Shown here: piece after piece, positions 50,231 to 64,000 of the stretch | Layout: each line of letters opens with the position of its first letter | Position numbering within the stretch: position 1 is the first letter of the stretch | Source: Octopus sinensis | Lineage: Eukaryota | Length of the DNA stretch: 64,000 nt | NCBI RefSeq assembly: GCF_006345805.1 | Contig: NC_043015.1 | Span: forward strand, 50,034,001-50,098,000 | Direction of reading: 5' to 3' | Notes under the pieces: generated by a model | What the model was told of the DNA's origin: nothing | Databases searched by the model: none | What the model saw: the letters and a program-made list of their open reading frames with translations, nothing else | Translations under genes and position numbers: made by a program

Positions 50231-52708
50231 TTCTCTTTAAAATTACTGACCTTGTACTGAAATTATCATCATCATCACCATCACTAACATGGTCATCATC
50301 ATTATCATCATACACGAGTTGCACAAACCATACACATCGTTGCACCAGAAGTTTATCTCTGTTTATCTCTGGTTGTTGTTGTTGTTGTTGTTTTTTGGGG
50401 GGGCGGGGTTAAAATTTCTCTGACGAAAGTTTGAAACACACCAGCATCGGTTGTCAAGCAATGCTAGGGGGACAAACACAGGCACAAACACACACACACA
50501 TACATATATATATATACATATATACGACAGGCTTCTTTCAGTTTCCATCTACCAAATCCACTCACAAGGCATTGGTCGGCCCGGGGCTATAGCAGAAGAC
50601 ACTTGCCCAAGATGCCACACAGTGGGACTGAATCCGGAACCATGTGGTTGGTTAGCAAGCTACTTACCACACAGCCACTCCTGCGCCTATGCAATCCTGC
50701 TGTTTGCAATCATATAAAAAAAATGTTGGCAGTATTGACATTAAAGAGAAGAGCATTAAGAAGCAACCCCGATTAAAATGTTTGCAATCTCTCAGAGGCT
50801 GTCACATTACGAGGGCAAAAATGTGACAATTTTCAAAAATATTTTGTAAAAGCATAACCGCTAACAACAGTATAGCTTTCAACAACAACAACAGTGGAGG
50901 CGCAATGGCCTAGTGGTTAGGGCAGCAGACTCACGGTCGTAAGAACACAGTTTCGATTCCCAGACCGGGCATTGTGAGTGTTTATTGAGCAAAAACACCT
51001 AATCTCCATGAGGCTCCGGTGGGGGGTTAGTGGTGAACCCCGCTGTACTCTTTCACCACAACTTTCTCCCACTCTTTCATCCTACTTCTGCCACCAAGCA
51101 GAGGAACCATGGTGTAACCCATTATGGTGTGGTAAACTTTCAGACCCTAGTCTAGATTGTGAATCCTCTGTACTCCAGGATGGTTCAGCTCTCCACCCGT
51201 TAAAAGCCACCGTTTACAGAATGAAGATATCAACGTAGCTTTCGCACCCATGCAACCACCAGTCAATTGCGTGTAGTGGGTGGATCTACAAGTTTCCACA
51301 CGCATTCTTAGTAGCTTAGAGTAGGCTCGAATTAGAGATTATTCTTTGTGGCTAATGGCGCAAGTCCTGATTGGAAGAAGAAGAAGAAGAAGAAGAAGAA
51401 GAAGACAATGGAGTTGCACATAAACTGATCCAGTCTGGTTTTTACATTTCATATCCTCTCCAGTTTCCTCTCCAGTTTTGCACAGGTCTGGACTAGATGT
51501 AAGAAAATCCTGGGTAGCCCAGTCATCAAGATTCCTCTCTCGACCTTGCTGACATAGTCCAAAGGAGTGCAGAGCATTACGTTTGGCACCAGCCTGGTTG
51601 CAGGAGCAGCCGGAAGAGTGCCAAGTGGAACACTAAACCGCCAACAGGGCTCCACTCAGGATTTCTTTGAAGGTTGTCTCCTTTCCGTAAACCCTCAATA
51701 GGGGCCCATACCAGGTACTGTCAGCCAGAGCCAGCTGAGCCCAGGACTCATGTCAGACAAGGTCGTCACTCCCTGAAGTAGTGAAGAAAATCGCTACCCA
51801 CTACCTATATATATGTGTGTGTGTATATATATATATATATAATATATATATATAATGTATTCTTTTATTGTGTTACTTGTTTCAGTCATTTTGACTGCAG
51901 CCATGCTGGAGCACTGCCTTTAGTCGAGTAAATCGACCCAGGACTTATTCTTTGTAAGCCTAGTACTTATTCTATCAGTCTGTTTTGCTAAACCTCTAAG
52001 TTACAGGATGCAAACACACCAGCATCAGTTGTCAAGCAATGTAGGTGGGGGAACAAACATGGACATATACACACACATACATAATACATACATATATATA
52101 TATGTATATATATATATACGACGGGCTTCTTTCAGTTTCCATCTACCAAATCCACTCACAAGGCTTTGGTCAGCCCAAGGCTATAGTTGAAGCCACTTGC
52201 CCAATGTGCCATACAGTGGAACTTAACCAGGAACCATGTGGTTGGTAAGCAAGCTACTTACCACACACACTATATTATATATAGTATAGAGTCAGGCAGT
52301 TTTAAAGCTTAAGATAGATTTATTAAACCACATGATTACAGCTGTTTCTCCAACATTCAAATGCAATGTTTATATGGAAATCATGGTGTTAGAAGAATTT
52401 ATTTTCACCGCTCACACCTTCTGACACACCTTTATATAACCCCCCACAGAATAATTTACTACATAAATTTCTTACGTTTTCATTTGCACAAACACTGTGA
52501 TACTTTGTAATTTATTTCTCTGTGAACTGATAGCTGGCTCCATAGGATGTGCTTACTGTGATAGCTTTGGCATGCTGGTGGTACACTCATGCTGGTGGTA
52601 CATAAAAGCATCTATTAGAAAGATACCAAATCAGACTGGAGTCTGATGCAGCCGTGATCAAACCATCCAACCCATGCCACTATGGACAACGAACGTTTGA
52701 TGATGATG

Positions 52709-52758
<50 letters not shown>

Positions 52759-53170
52759 TAGATAGATAGATAGATAATACATACATACATACATGCATGC
52801 ATGCATACATACATACATACACACATACATACACACATACATACATATTTACATACATATATATACAGACAGGCAGGCATACATGCATATACATATATAT
52901 ATATATATAATATATATATATTATTTTTATATATATATATATATCATCTTCATCATCGTTTAACGTCCATTTTCCATGCTAGCATGGGTTGGACGGTTCA
53001 ACTGGGGTCTGGGAAGCCAGGAGGCTGCGCCAGGCCCAGTCTGATCTGGCAGTGTTTCTACAGCTGGATGCCCTTCCTAACGCAGTGTAGTGGGTGCTTT
53101 TTATGTGCCACCTGCACAGGTGCCAGACGAGGCTGGCAAACGGCCACGATCGGATGGTGCTTTTTACGTC

Positions 53171-53215
<45 letters not shown>

Positions 53216-53459
53216 ATCAAAATAAGCAACAAGGATATCCAGGGTAGTGTTATATATGTATGTATATATATATATATATATATAATATAAATATTAGGGA
53301 ATAAATCCAAATTTACAGGGAAAAAATCAGATTTAGGATTAAATCCAATTTTATAGTAAAATATTATAAATATTATTAGAGACAAAACCACTATTTTGCA
53401 AAACAAACAAGGAAAGACTTAATCAATACATAAATTTTAATAAATAGTCAAAAAAACCG

Positions 53460-53502
53460 CCACTACAATTGTTTCTTGTCTTGATCGACAATCTTCAGGT
53501 GG
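53460..53502 (-). ncRNA. Canonical minimal type I hammerhead ribozyme (mirror copy)
   Basis: Exact reverse complement of 54737-54779. Confidence 0.9.
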
Positions 53503-54736
53503 ACTTCCAATCTAAAATATCAATATTTTAAAATATAAAAATAATAATTTTAAAATAATTAATTAAAGTGAATGAAAAATATAATATATAATCCATATAT
53601 AACCTATATAAATCCATATATAATCAATATATAAACAATATATAAACTAAAATAAACCTATCAACAATTAAATATAAAATATAAAATATAAAATATAAAA
53701 TATAAAACAAAACAAAAAAATAATAATAATATAATAATAAACTATATATACACCCATACACATATACCTAATTATATATAACCATATCTAACTACATACA
53801 CTAAATCACACCCCTATATATATATCCCTATACATACACATAAAAACGTCTAGGCAACTATAATAAAATAGCTAAATACTTCAACACAATACTTATTCAT
53901 ACTCCCACACACACACACTACACCCACATTCACGCTCTAGAAAACGGACATCACTTAAAATTATGTATAGGTATGTGTAAGTGGTGTGGGTATTGTATAT
54001 GTCGTGGGTGTGTGGTTTACGTGTGTGTATTTGTGTGTGAATGTTTAGGTTAGGGGATTGCTATATAGGTATGTTATAGAGTTTAGTAAGGGAGATTTTA
54101 TCTTATATGTTTTTATGAGTTTTGGTTTATCATGGTAGGTTTGTTAAGGAATTCGTAGTAATTTGTGTCTATTTGCGATGTCTGTTGTTTATTGCATTGT
54201 TTCATTCATAATTTTTAAGTAGTGTTCGTTTTACCAAGTGAATATAATTTTTAATTCCATTTATTCCATTTCTCCATTCATAATTTTAAGTGATGTCCGT
54301 TTTCTAGAGCGTGAATGTGGTTGTATGTGTGTGTGTGTGGGAGTATGAATAAGTATTGTGTTGAAGTATTTAGCTATTTTATTTATAGTTGCCTAGACGT
54401 TTTTATGTGTATGTATAGGGATATATATATAGGGGTGTGATTTAGTGTATGTAGTTAGATATGGTTATATATAATTAGGTATATGTGTATGGGTGTATAT
54501 ATAGTATTATTATATTATTTATTTTTTTGTTTTGTTTATATTTTATATTTTATATTTTATATTTTTTATTTAATTGTTGATAGGTTTATTTAGTTTATAT
54601 TTGTTTATATATTGATTATATATGGATTATATATAGGTTATATATGGATTATATTTTATATTTTTTCATTCATACTTTAATTATTTTAAAATTATTATTT
54701 TTATATTTTAAAATATTGATATTTTAGATTGGAAGT

Positions 54737-54779
54737 CCACCTGAAGATTGTCGATCAAGACAAGAAACAATTGTAGTGG
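54737..54779 (+). ncRNA. Canonical minimal type I hammerhead ribozyme
   Basis: ccac-CTGAAGA-ttgtc(gatcaa)gacaa-GAAA-caattg-TA-gtgg. Full core, paired stems I and II, palindromic stem III (acaattgt); predicted cut after GUA at 54775. Confidence 0.9.
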
Positions 54780-54866
54780 CGGTTTTTTTGACTATTTATT
54801 AAAATTTTATGTATTGATTAAGTCTTTCCTTGTTTGTTTTGCAAAATAGTGGTTTTGTCTCTAATA

Positions 54867-54909
<43 letters not shown>

Positions 54910-54914
54910 TATGG

Positions 54915-55539
54915 TATGTATACATATGTGTATATATATGTTTATATATGTGAATATATGAGTGTGTGTTGTGTATATATATGTATAAGTTCAGCAAAAT
55001 TTAGATTCAGATGAATATGGTACTTAAGTTAAAGGCACCAGAATTTGGTATGGTATTATCCATATAAATCAAATGGGGTGATTATAATCAAAATAAGCAA
55101 CAAGGATATCCAAGGTAGTGTAGTACAATTGTTTCATGCTACTTCATTTTATTAAACAATCTACAGATGATAAAAAGCTACAGATGGAGAAGGACCTTCT
55201 ACAACCATGTTCTTAATGATGAAATTAACCTCTCTGTCTATATATCTACCCTCTTTGTAATGTTGGCAAATGAAATAAGTATAAAATGTACATTGTCTAT
55301 TTAATTAAAAAAATTCTATATGTGGCTGAAGATTGCTCTACATTTTAAAACTGATGTAATACTTACATTGTTTAATAAAATGAAGTAGCATGAAACGATT
55401 GTACTACACTACCTTGGATATCCTTGTTGCTTATTTTGATTATAATCACCCCATTTGATTTATATGGATAATACCATACCAAATTCTGGTGCCTTTAACT
55501 TAAGTACCATATTCATCTGAATCTAAATTTTGCTGAACT

Positions 55540-55571
<32 letters not shown>

Positions 55572-55610
55572 CATATATTCACATATATAAACATATATAT
55601 ACACATATGT

Positions 55611-55617
<7 letters not shown>
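54915..55617. repeat. Inverted repeat (arms ~250 bp, ~206-nt spacer) of the 29257 family including flanking microsatellite
   Basis: 54915-55160 mirrors 55367-55617. Confidence 0.92.
55321..55408 (+). ncRNA. Hammerhead-like motif with extended stem II
   Basis: tgtgg-CTGAAGA-ttgct(..)agcat-GAAA-cgattg-TA-ctaca; first stem II pair is U-U. Confidence 0.55.
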
Positions 55618-55655
<38 letters not shown>

Positions 55656-56178
55656 CATATATATATATGCAGAGTGAGAGACAGACGGACAGACAGAAAC
55701 AGAGAGACAGAGAGCAGTAGTAGTAATAGCCTGGTAGTATGGGGTCAGCAAACGGATTCACTGATAGTCAAATTCTGTGGAGAAAATAAGGGAGGAAAAT
55801 ATCACTCGACTAATTTTCAACTATTATAACTTTTCTTTGACATTAGTTCCAACCGAAACTGGAGAAGTCACATTAAACAAAAGACACAGTGACCTTTTAC
55901 TGATATCAAGTTTAGTGGTGTCTCTGTAACCGTTTGTTTGGATGGATGTGTGGGTGTTTGTGGGAGTGTGTGTGTGTTTGTGTGTGTATGTGTGTGTGTG
56001 TGCACGTGTGTGTGGCTATGAATATCACTGGCTGTACACAGGTATGTGTGTATGTGTGTGCATTTGTATATGTGTGTAAGTGTGTCCATGTACTTCTGGA
56101 TGTTTGACTCTGACTGTGTTTGTGTGTGTATGTATATGTATATAAATATATGTATATAAGTGTGTGTGTGTATGTATA

Positions 56179-56214
<36 letters not shown>

Positions 56215-56559
56215 CCCTGTATGTAAAGGTAACTAGAATATTCATGTACACAACTTGGGTTGCCTGAAGCCATGTCAAAGAATTTGGGTCAACAAAAACA
56301 GTAAGGAGAGACTTTGCTTGAACCATTGTGCTTTTAATTCAAAGGTCTCACCTTCTAACACATGCAAGTTTGCTTTGCAACTAAATGGTCCTGGGTTCAG
56401 TTCCAACTGGTGGCACATTGACTAAACATCTTCTACTGCAACCTGGGGCTGATCAATGCTGTGTGTATGAACTTGGTAAACAGGAATGGTGCAGAAGCCC
56501 ATCATAAATGTGCACATGTGTTTATGTATATATACATGTAGGTATACATACATGCATAT

Positions 56560-56594
<35 letters not shown>

Positions 56595-56705
56595 TCTTTT
56601 CTACTCTAGGCACAAGACCCAAAATTTTGGGGGAGGAGGCCAGTCGATAAGATCAACCCCAGTACGCAACTGGTACTTAATTTAACGACCCCCGAAAGGA
56701 TGAAA

Positions 56706-56767
<62 letters not shown>

Positions 56768-56959
56768 TGTTAAACGTGTGTGTGTGTGTGTCTGTGTCTG
56801 TGTGTGTATGCCTATATCTAAGTGTGTGGGGGGGAGATCTGTATATACATGTGTGTGTGTGTATCTATTGTCAGTTAGGTCACTGTTGATATTAGAGATT
56901 TAACACACAATGGCCATCATAGTTCGCAAGTAGGTATTATTAACATTTCTGTTTGCACA

Positions 56960-57161
56960 AGGTGGTGGTGGTGATGGTGGTGGTGGTGGTGGTGGTGGTG
57001 GTAGTAGTAGTAGTCTTGGCTGTGGTGGTGATGATGATAGTAACAATAAGAGTGGCAGTGGTAGTATTTGTACTACTACTACTACTACTACTGCTGCTGC
57101 CTGCTGCTGCTGCCTACTACTACTACGACTACTACTACTACTACAACTGCTGCTGCTGCTG

Positions 57162-57193
<32 letters not shown>

Positions 57194-57236
57194 GCTGCTT
57201 CTGCTGCTGCTTCTGCTACCGTTGCTGCTGCTGCTG

Positions 57237-57286
<50 letters not shown>

Positions 57287-57335
57287 ACCGTTGCTGCTGC
57301 TGCTGCTGCTACTACTACTACTACTACTCCTACTC

Positions 57336-57370
<35 letters not shown>

Positions 57371-57380
57371 GTTGCTACTG
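56960..57380. repeat. Compound (GGT)/(GTA)/(CTA)/(CTG) triplet array with internal higher-order duplication
   Basis: Read directly; ctgctaccgttgctgctgctgctgctactac occurs twice. Confidence 0.9.
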
Positions 57381-57469
57381 GCAATAATAACGTTTTCTTT
57401 TGTTCGAGAGTCTAGATTTACGACACATGAGCTGGGGCATATACCAACGAAGTCCACCTTGGCGAATAA

Positions 57470-57765
57470 TGGATTCAATTTGAGGCATGCATAGAGCGAC
57501 CAGAAATGAGCTGGTCAATCGTTTCCTTGACCATGCAACAAAAGCGGCTAGTGGGCAGCCAGGCAGACAGGTCCTGCAACCATTCTTAAGGATGCTTTAT
57601 TGGTAGTTTCTGGCAAGCAGACATTGATCCTGTTTCGGATTCAGGGTCCAGATACAGCCAACCATTGATGGGTCATATTTGTATCCACATCCAGATCACT
57701 GGCCCTTGTTGGGTATTCACCATGTAATACTGCATCTTGCGGTGAACTTTGCAGACCTGAAAATG
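57470..57765 (-). pseudogene. R4/Dong-like non-LTR ORF fragment (pre-zinc-knuckle region)
   Basis: LHGEYPTRASDLDVDTNMTHQWLAVSG..QDQCLLARNYQ*SILKNG..RFCCMVKETIDQLISG; stops and frameshifts. Confidence 0.72.
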
Positions 57766-58069
57766 CATTTGATTTCATCATCATCATCATCATCGTTTAA
57801 CGTCCGTTCTCCATGTTAGCATGGGTTGGACGGTTCGACCGGGGATCTGGGAAGCCAGAAGGCTGTACCAGGCTCCGGTCTTATCTGGCAATGTTTCTAC
57901 AGCTGGATGCCCTTCCTAATGCCAACCACTCCATGAGTGTAGTGGGTGCTTTTTACGTGCCACCTGCACTGGTTTGTTTTACCTCGGTTTTGTTGATCCC
58001 CGGTTCTCGTACAGGCTTCTTTGCTTCTTTAGTACAATTTTTGAAACATTCATGTATATTATTACTGTG

Positions 58070-58815
58070 GAAAAGGTAGACCCAGGAAGACCTGGAATGA
58101 AATGGTGAAGCACAACCTTCGAATATTAGGCCTCACCAAGGAAATGACTAGCGACCGAGACTTTTGGAAATATGCTGTGCTCGAGAAGACCGGCCAAGCC
58201 AAATGAGACCATAACCTGTGGCCTATGCCAGGAGCATAACCAGCCCGCTTATGCGTACCTTTTCATTCTTTGGTCACTAAACTCTGCTTGCATAGACCTG
58301 TTGAGGCAAGTGAAATCAAAATCAAAATCAAATCGATGACTGGCATCTGTGCTAGCGGGGTGCAAAGAGCACCATACGAGTGTGATCGTTGACAGAGCAG
58401 CTATTCGAGTATGATCGTTACCAGTGTCGCCTTACTGGCACTTATGCCTGTGCTAATAGGGTGCCAAGAGCACCATCTGAGCGTGATCATTGCCAGAGCA
58501 GCCAACTGGCTTCCGTACCCGTGGCACATACAAAGGCACCATTCAGGCATGATCATTACCAACGTCGCTTCACTGGCACGTGTAAAAAGATTCAAGCGAG
58601 GTCATTGCCAGTACCTGACTGGCCCCCATGGCACATAAAAAGCACCCACTACACTCTTGGAGTGGTTGGCATAAGGAAAGGCATCCAGATGTAGAAACTC
58701 TGCCAGATCAAGATTGGAGCCTGGTGCAGCCATCTGGCTTGCCAGCCCTCAGTCAAAATCGTCCAACCCATGCTAGCATGGAAAGCGGACTTTAAATGAT
58801 GATGATGATGATGAT
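58070..58815 (+). mobile_element. RTE LINE 3' end: ORF C-terminus, repeated 3' UTR, (TGA)n tail
   Basis: GRPRKTWNEMVKHNLRILGLTKEMTSDRDFWKYAVLEKT continuous with the tail family, showing that the many (TGA)n-tailed repeats are truncated RTE ends. Confidence 0.88.
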
Positions 58816-59975
58816 TATCGTCAGGGGACTCTCTACACACCCCCTTTTTTTGACCAGGCTCCCGTTGGCTTTTGTAGGTTTTTTCCACCGGGAACATTTC
58901 GAGACGTCTCCCCCTTTTGGGAGTTTTTCATTGTTTAATAATCATTGCTTTAAAATTTTTTACACGGATTTTTAACAAACGGACAAAACCTTTGTAACCT
59001 TTCGTCCTGTCTTGTCCCTTTATGTAATCATGCGTGTCAGCCCTTGTGGCCAATAAAAAAGAATCGATTATTATTATTATTATTCGACATTTGATAGTTT
59101 CAGGCAAATTTCTACTGTGTCACCTGCTAACACCTCTGGCATTTCGTTGGATGAAATACTTAGTGGTATTTCACCCATCAGTAAGTTCTGTGTTCAAATT
59201 CCACCAAGGTTGACTTAGCCATTCATCCTTTCGGAGGTCGATAAATAAAGTACCAGTGAAACACTGGGAACTATGTAATCGACTAGTCCCCTCACCCACA
59301 ATTTCAGGCCTTATGCCTCCAGTAGACAGGATTATTATTATTGTTGTTGCTGTTGTTGTTATTCTAAGTTCAAATTCTGCCAAGGTCAACTTTGCCTTTC
59401 ATCCTTTCAGGGTTGATTAAATAAGTGCCAGTGAAACTCTTGGGGGGGGGGGGGGTTGATGTATCGACTTAATTCCCACCCACCCACCCACCCAAACTGC
59501 CCTTGTGGCAAAAAAATTTGAAACCATTATCATAATTATAATTATAATTATTATTATTATTATTATTATATTATTATTATTATTATTAACTGGCTCCGAT
59601 GTTGGTGGTATGCAATAAACATGTGCATGCATGGGTTGTTGCCAGTGCCACCTGACTGGCTCCCCATGCCAGTGACACGTAAAAAGCACTATCCAAACAT
59701 GGTCAATGCCAGCCTCCCCGACCTGACTGGCTCCTGTGCCGGTGGCAGGTAAAAAGCAACATCCACACGTGGCCAATACGAGTGCTGCCTGACTGGCTCC
59801 CGTGCTAGTGGCATGTAAAAAGCAACTACTATATACCCGGAGTGGTTGGCATTAGGAATGGCATCCAGCTGTAGAAACTATGCCAAATCAGATTGGAACC
59901 TGGTGCAGCCTCTTGACTTGCCAGTCCCCAGTTAAACCATCCGACTCATGCACACATGGAAAGCGGACGTTAAAC

Positions 59976-60018
<43 letters not shown>

Positions 60019-60216
60019 GTGATGATGACAATGACGATGATGATGATGGATGATGATGATGATGATAGTTATTCTAAGTTCAAGTTCTGCTGAGGTCCAC
60101 TTTGCCTTTCATCCTTTCAGGGTCAATAAAATAAGTACCAGTTGAGCACTGGTGGGGAGGTCAATGTAATCGACTCACCTTTCCCAAACACTTCTGGCGT
60201 TGGACCAAAATCTGAA

Positions 60217-60247
<31 letters not shown>

Positions 60248-62049
60248 CCATCACCACCACCACCATCATTAAAAATCTTTACCTTACATATACCTAAGTG
60301 AGAGGAAACCAACAGCAAGCCTTTAGACCTAAAGACAAATAGTTTATTGACCTAACCAGCTGCACTAGTCTGCTTTCTTTCATTAATCTCCTTCCATTCT
60401 TTGCCTTTGTTCTCTTACTTTGGTCTTCCATCTCCACTTGTCTATTTCTAGTGTAATTTTCTATGGACTGCCTTACCGATTCTTAATTCCTTAACTTATT
60501 GATATAAGAAAACAGGTTGGAAATTATTGCTAATCAAAAGCATAGCAGGTGTTGAGAAATTGGTAAAAATGTTTTCCAATATTGTTGAGGTCAGATTATT
60601 GAATTAGGAGCTAATGGAGAAATTGGTTACAGCAGAGGGTGCCAGAAAGAATAGCGAGGAACGAGGGAGAGAGAGAGAGAGAGAAAGAGAGAGATTGAGG
60701 TGGGGGTGGAATAATGAAAGAGAAATTGTGTGTGTAGGTGTGTGCGAAGGGGGAAGTGAGAGAGAGAGGTGGGGGTGGAATAGAAAAAGAGAAATTGTGT
60801 ATGTGTATGTGTGTGTGTGAAGGGAAAAGCGAGAGAGAGAGAGGGAAAAGCAGAAAGGTGGAAGGATTGGAAAAGAGGTAGAAAGAGAGAAATAGAGAAA
60901 GAGGTAGTGGTGGTGGTGGTGGCAGTGATGGTGGGGATGGTAATAGTGTGGCGATCAAGGTGGTGGCATCAGTGGTGATATGAAAGATGATCATCATCAT
61001 CATCAACACCATCATCAACACCATCATCATCATCATCATCGTCATCATCATCATCATCATTGTCGTCATCATCATCATGGCAGAGTTTATTGAAGCAATT
61101 CATTAGAAAATCATTTCCATTTTCTCTATGCTTTTTTCCTTTGTTTTTGCTTTTTACTTCAGTCCTTTTTTTTTTATTGTCTTCAATGTTATATGAAGAA
61201 AGATAAGAAAAAAAAAAGGAAGAAATGAGAGAAAGACAGAAAGAGTTAAGCGCAAGGTCTAAATAGAGAGAAAGGAAAAAGTATAAAACAATGAGAAAGG
61301 GAGAGAGAGTAAGGGAGAGAGAGAGAGAGGGAGAGAGAGAGAGAGGTAGTGGTAACTCATGGCAAATATTCCAAAAGCATTTTTTATGCGATATAGTTGC
61401 GGTGCTTTCTTCTTGAGTCATAGCACCTACTACCTGTTCAATTGTTGTGCACTCTTCCATAATTATAGATCTTACTTAGATGAATACAAAATCTGAAATG
61501 CCTAGGATCGTCTACATACATTTATACATATATGTATGTATGTATATATATTTATATACATATATATATATTTATACACACACACATATATATATATACA
61601 TACATACATATATATAAACATGAGCCTGGTGCAGCCCATTGGCTTGCCAGACCTCAGTCAAACCGTCCAACCCATGCCAATATGGAAAGTGAACGTTAAA
61701 TGATGATGATGACACACACACACACACATATATATGTTTTTTTATGTGTTACTATTAGTTTCATGTGTTGAGAGCATGCTTGACAGTATATTTTAATGTG
61801 TCTGGTTTCCTAGCACAATCATCAGGCACTGCCCACATGGCATAACAAACTAAAAATGAGACAATAGGATGAGAGATAAAGTGAGGTATGGTAAGAAAGA
61901 AGTAGATATAAAAGGTGGAAGGTTAAAACCGGAAAACGAAAAAGATACATCTCACAGATGCTCTGGGATGCATCAACAGTGATACATCATATCCCTTCAC
62001 CCAGCTGATCCAGATCAGAAGTAGCGGGGAGGGCTGTTCCAAGTCCCAG

Positions 62050-62290
62050 CTTGCATTTCCAGTGGCAGCAGACCACTAGTCTTTCCTCTGAATCTAAGCC
62101 CAACCAGTCACGTTCTCTGCAGATTCAGTAACAGAATTTATGGTTCTTCTTTTTGCTGCACCAGTAACTCCATGCCCAGTCAGTGCTTTGCTGAATGAAA
62201 AGCCCTGCTTCAGCTGCCTTGCAACATGCATGCCAACCCTGGTTTCTGTACTGTTTTACCAGACCCTGGTATCGGGTATCTGATATGCTT
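62050..62290 (-). pseudogene. HERO-like non-LTR C-terminal fragment
   Basis: LVKQYRNQGWHACCKAAEAG..KRRTINSVTESAENVTGWA*IQRKD*W. Confidence 0.5.
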
Positions 62291-63080
62291 CATCTCATGA
62301 GTCTCCTCCATGTGTTCTTCATCCTCCTCATCATCATCATTCATCATCTACCTTCCTATCTTTTATCTTTGATCTTTTATTTGCTTTAGTCATTAGAAAC
62401 GTACCCATGCTGGGGCACTGCCTTCACAAATTTTTGGTCAAAATTAGGAGCACTCCCGCGCTTATGTTGTATAGAGAAATATTCCAGGACCTCAAAGGAC
62501 TAAAACCAACAAAATATTGACTTCAAATTTTGGCACAAGGCCAGCAAGTTTAGGGGGTGCGCAGATTAAGTTTTCATCGACCCCAGTGTCCAACTGGTAC
62601 TTATTTCATTGACCCCGAATAGATGAAAGGTAAAGTTGACCTCGGCAGATTTTGAACTCAGAATTTAAGATGAACGAAATACCTCTGAGCATTTCGCCCA
62701 GTATGCTAACAATTTTGCCAGCTGACCATCTTAAACCAACAAAATACCAATAATGATATTTTCCAAAAATCCAAGACTTCTGTTTATCAAGGTAGATAAG
62801 GAAGATTAAAAATGCTGCGTTGTTGATGCTTAGCTCCAGGTTAACCTGATCCAGCAGACCTATGGATAAAAGCCTTTCAGCCATGCCCACCTCTTCTTTA
62901 GTTCATCTGGTGCATCTGGGATTATATTTCTCAATGTCATTTTCTATTCTCTTTTTTGTAGGATGGTAGGTTATAATTTGAGAGAAGTTTAAAATTTAGC
63001 TGCTATGTCTAGCAAGCCACACGACCACATATAGTTACTGTCTCTGTTTCTCTCTCTCTCTGTTTCTCTCTCTCTCTGTT

Positions 63081-63111
<31 letters not shown>

Positions 63112-63212
63112 GTTTCTTGGTGTTTGAGGAGAAAATATGTCATTCATATTTGTGTCAAGGGCATTAGTTACATAATCAGAATGGAAACAAAAGTTTTGGA
63201 GCACCAAAAGTA

Positions 63213-63265
<53 letters not shown>

Positions 63266-63513
63266 CTAGATAAAAATATAGAATATACATACATATATAT
63301 GCAAACATATATAGACATGCACACACATATAAAACACATACAAACTACACACACACACAACCATACATACATATCTATATATACATATTATTATCTGTAC
63401 TGAAATTCTTGTTGTTGTTTCAAATGTTGGCACAAGGCCAGCAAGTTCAAAGGAGGGGATCAGTTGATTACATCGATCCAATACTTGACTGGTACTTACT
63501 CTATTGACCCTGG

Positions 63514-63574
<61 letters not shown>

Positions 63575-63575
63575 G

Positions 63576-64000
63576 GCAGTGGCTCTCATGGCTTCTGATC
63601 TTAACTGATTGGAAGTGTTATCATGTACATTGTTTTGTCTTGGTATAAAAGATGGGCTACAGCAAATATTCTGCTCAATACCACAGATTTGCTTGTCAGT
63701 TGTTTGACCTTAACCAGTTGAGCATCTCCCTTAGTGGCTGACGATATGTGCATCTCTGATCACGAGCAGAAGTAGTGGGGGAGCATCATAGCCATGTGTT
63801 GAGAAGGATTCTTTGGGGTTTGAATAATTCACCTCTGGAAACATGGGTGTTGCGTTCAACGTCCTTAAACAACCCTTATTCAGGGACCTTTTGAGCGGGA
63901 TGGGTTACTCGATCTGAAGAAAATTCTAACTGGGCTCCACCTGCAAGGTCATGTGCTGTTTATCTTGATATGAGATCACCATGTCGCACACATATGGTTG
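63576..64000 (+). mobile_element. Repeat family 4, truncated by the window edge
   Basis: Matches 7336-7900. Confidence 0.8.

Larger units (their letters stand above)
53365..54876. mobile_element. Large inverted repeat (arms ~600 bp, 313-nt spacer), Penelope-like pLTR relic (inferred)
   Basis: 53365-53965 is the reverse complement of 54279-54876 with small indels; each arm carries a canonical hammerhead. No RT or GIY-YIG ORF seen. Confidence 0.85.

Noticed and set aside
51420-51790. GC-richer block, possibly a LINE ORF fragment
   Set aside because: No frame gave a motif I could support.
55850-55930. Cadherin-like ETGEVTLNK peptide after an AG
   Set aside because: Too short, no good donor, and an in-frame stop follows.
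56900-57478. 192-aa Ser-rich ORF and overlapping Ala/Thr- and Cys/Tyr-rich ORFs
   Set aside because: All frames are open because of stop-free triplet repeats; no unique coding content.

Overview
Repeat-dense animal genomic DNA, most likely Octopus (inferred from SINE/LINE family composition and abundant (AT)n/(GT)n/triplet microsatellites), with one 100-N gap. I found no confident host gene, rRNA, intact tRNA or CRISPR array; nearly all tracked ORFs are microsatellite or SINE read-throughs. Supported content: many copies of three or four SINE-like families; decayed LINE fragments (RTE, CR1-like, L1/Tx1-like, R4/Dong-like, HERO-like); DNA transposon relics (piggyBac with TTAA TSDs, mariner, hAT, Helentron-type); a candidate promoter near 49.8 kb; and two weak candidate exons. 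The strongest unexplained signal is a set of hammerhead ribozyme (HHR) motifs in at least five sequence-unrelated AT-rich repeat families, probably Penelope-like pLTR relics. They include a fully canonical inverted pair (53460-53502 minus, 54737-54779 plus) and several non-canonical cores. Most of these families occur as fold-back palindromes next to (AT)n tracts; about ten such palindromes lie in the window. Repeat boundaries are approximate (tens of bp) unless a TSD or TIR is quoted. All calls come from reading the sequence; no database search was run.
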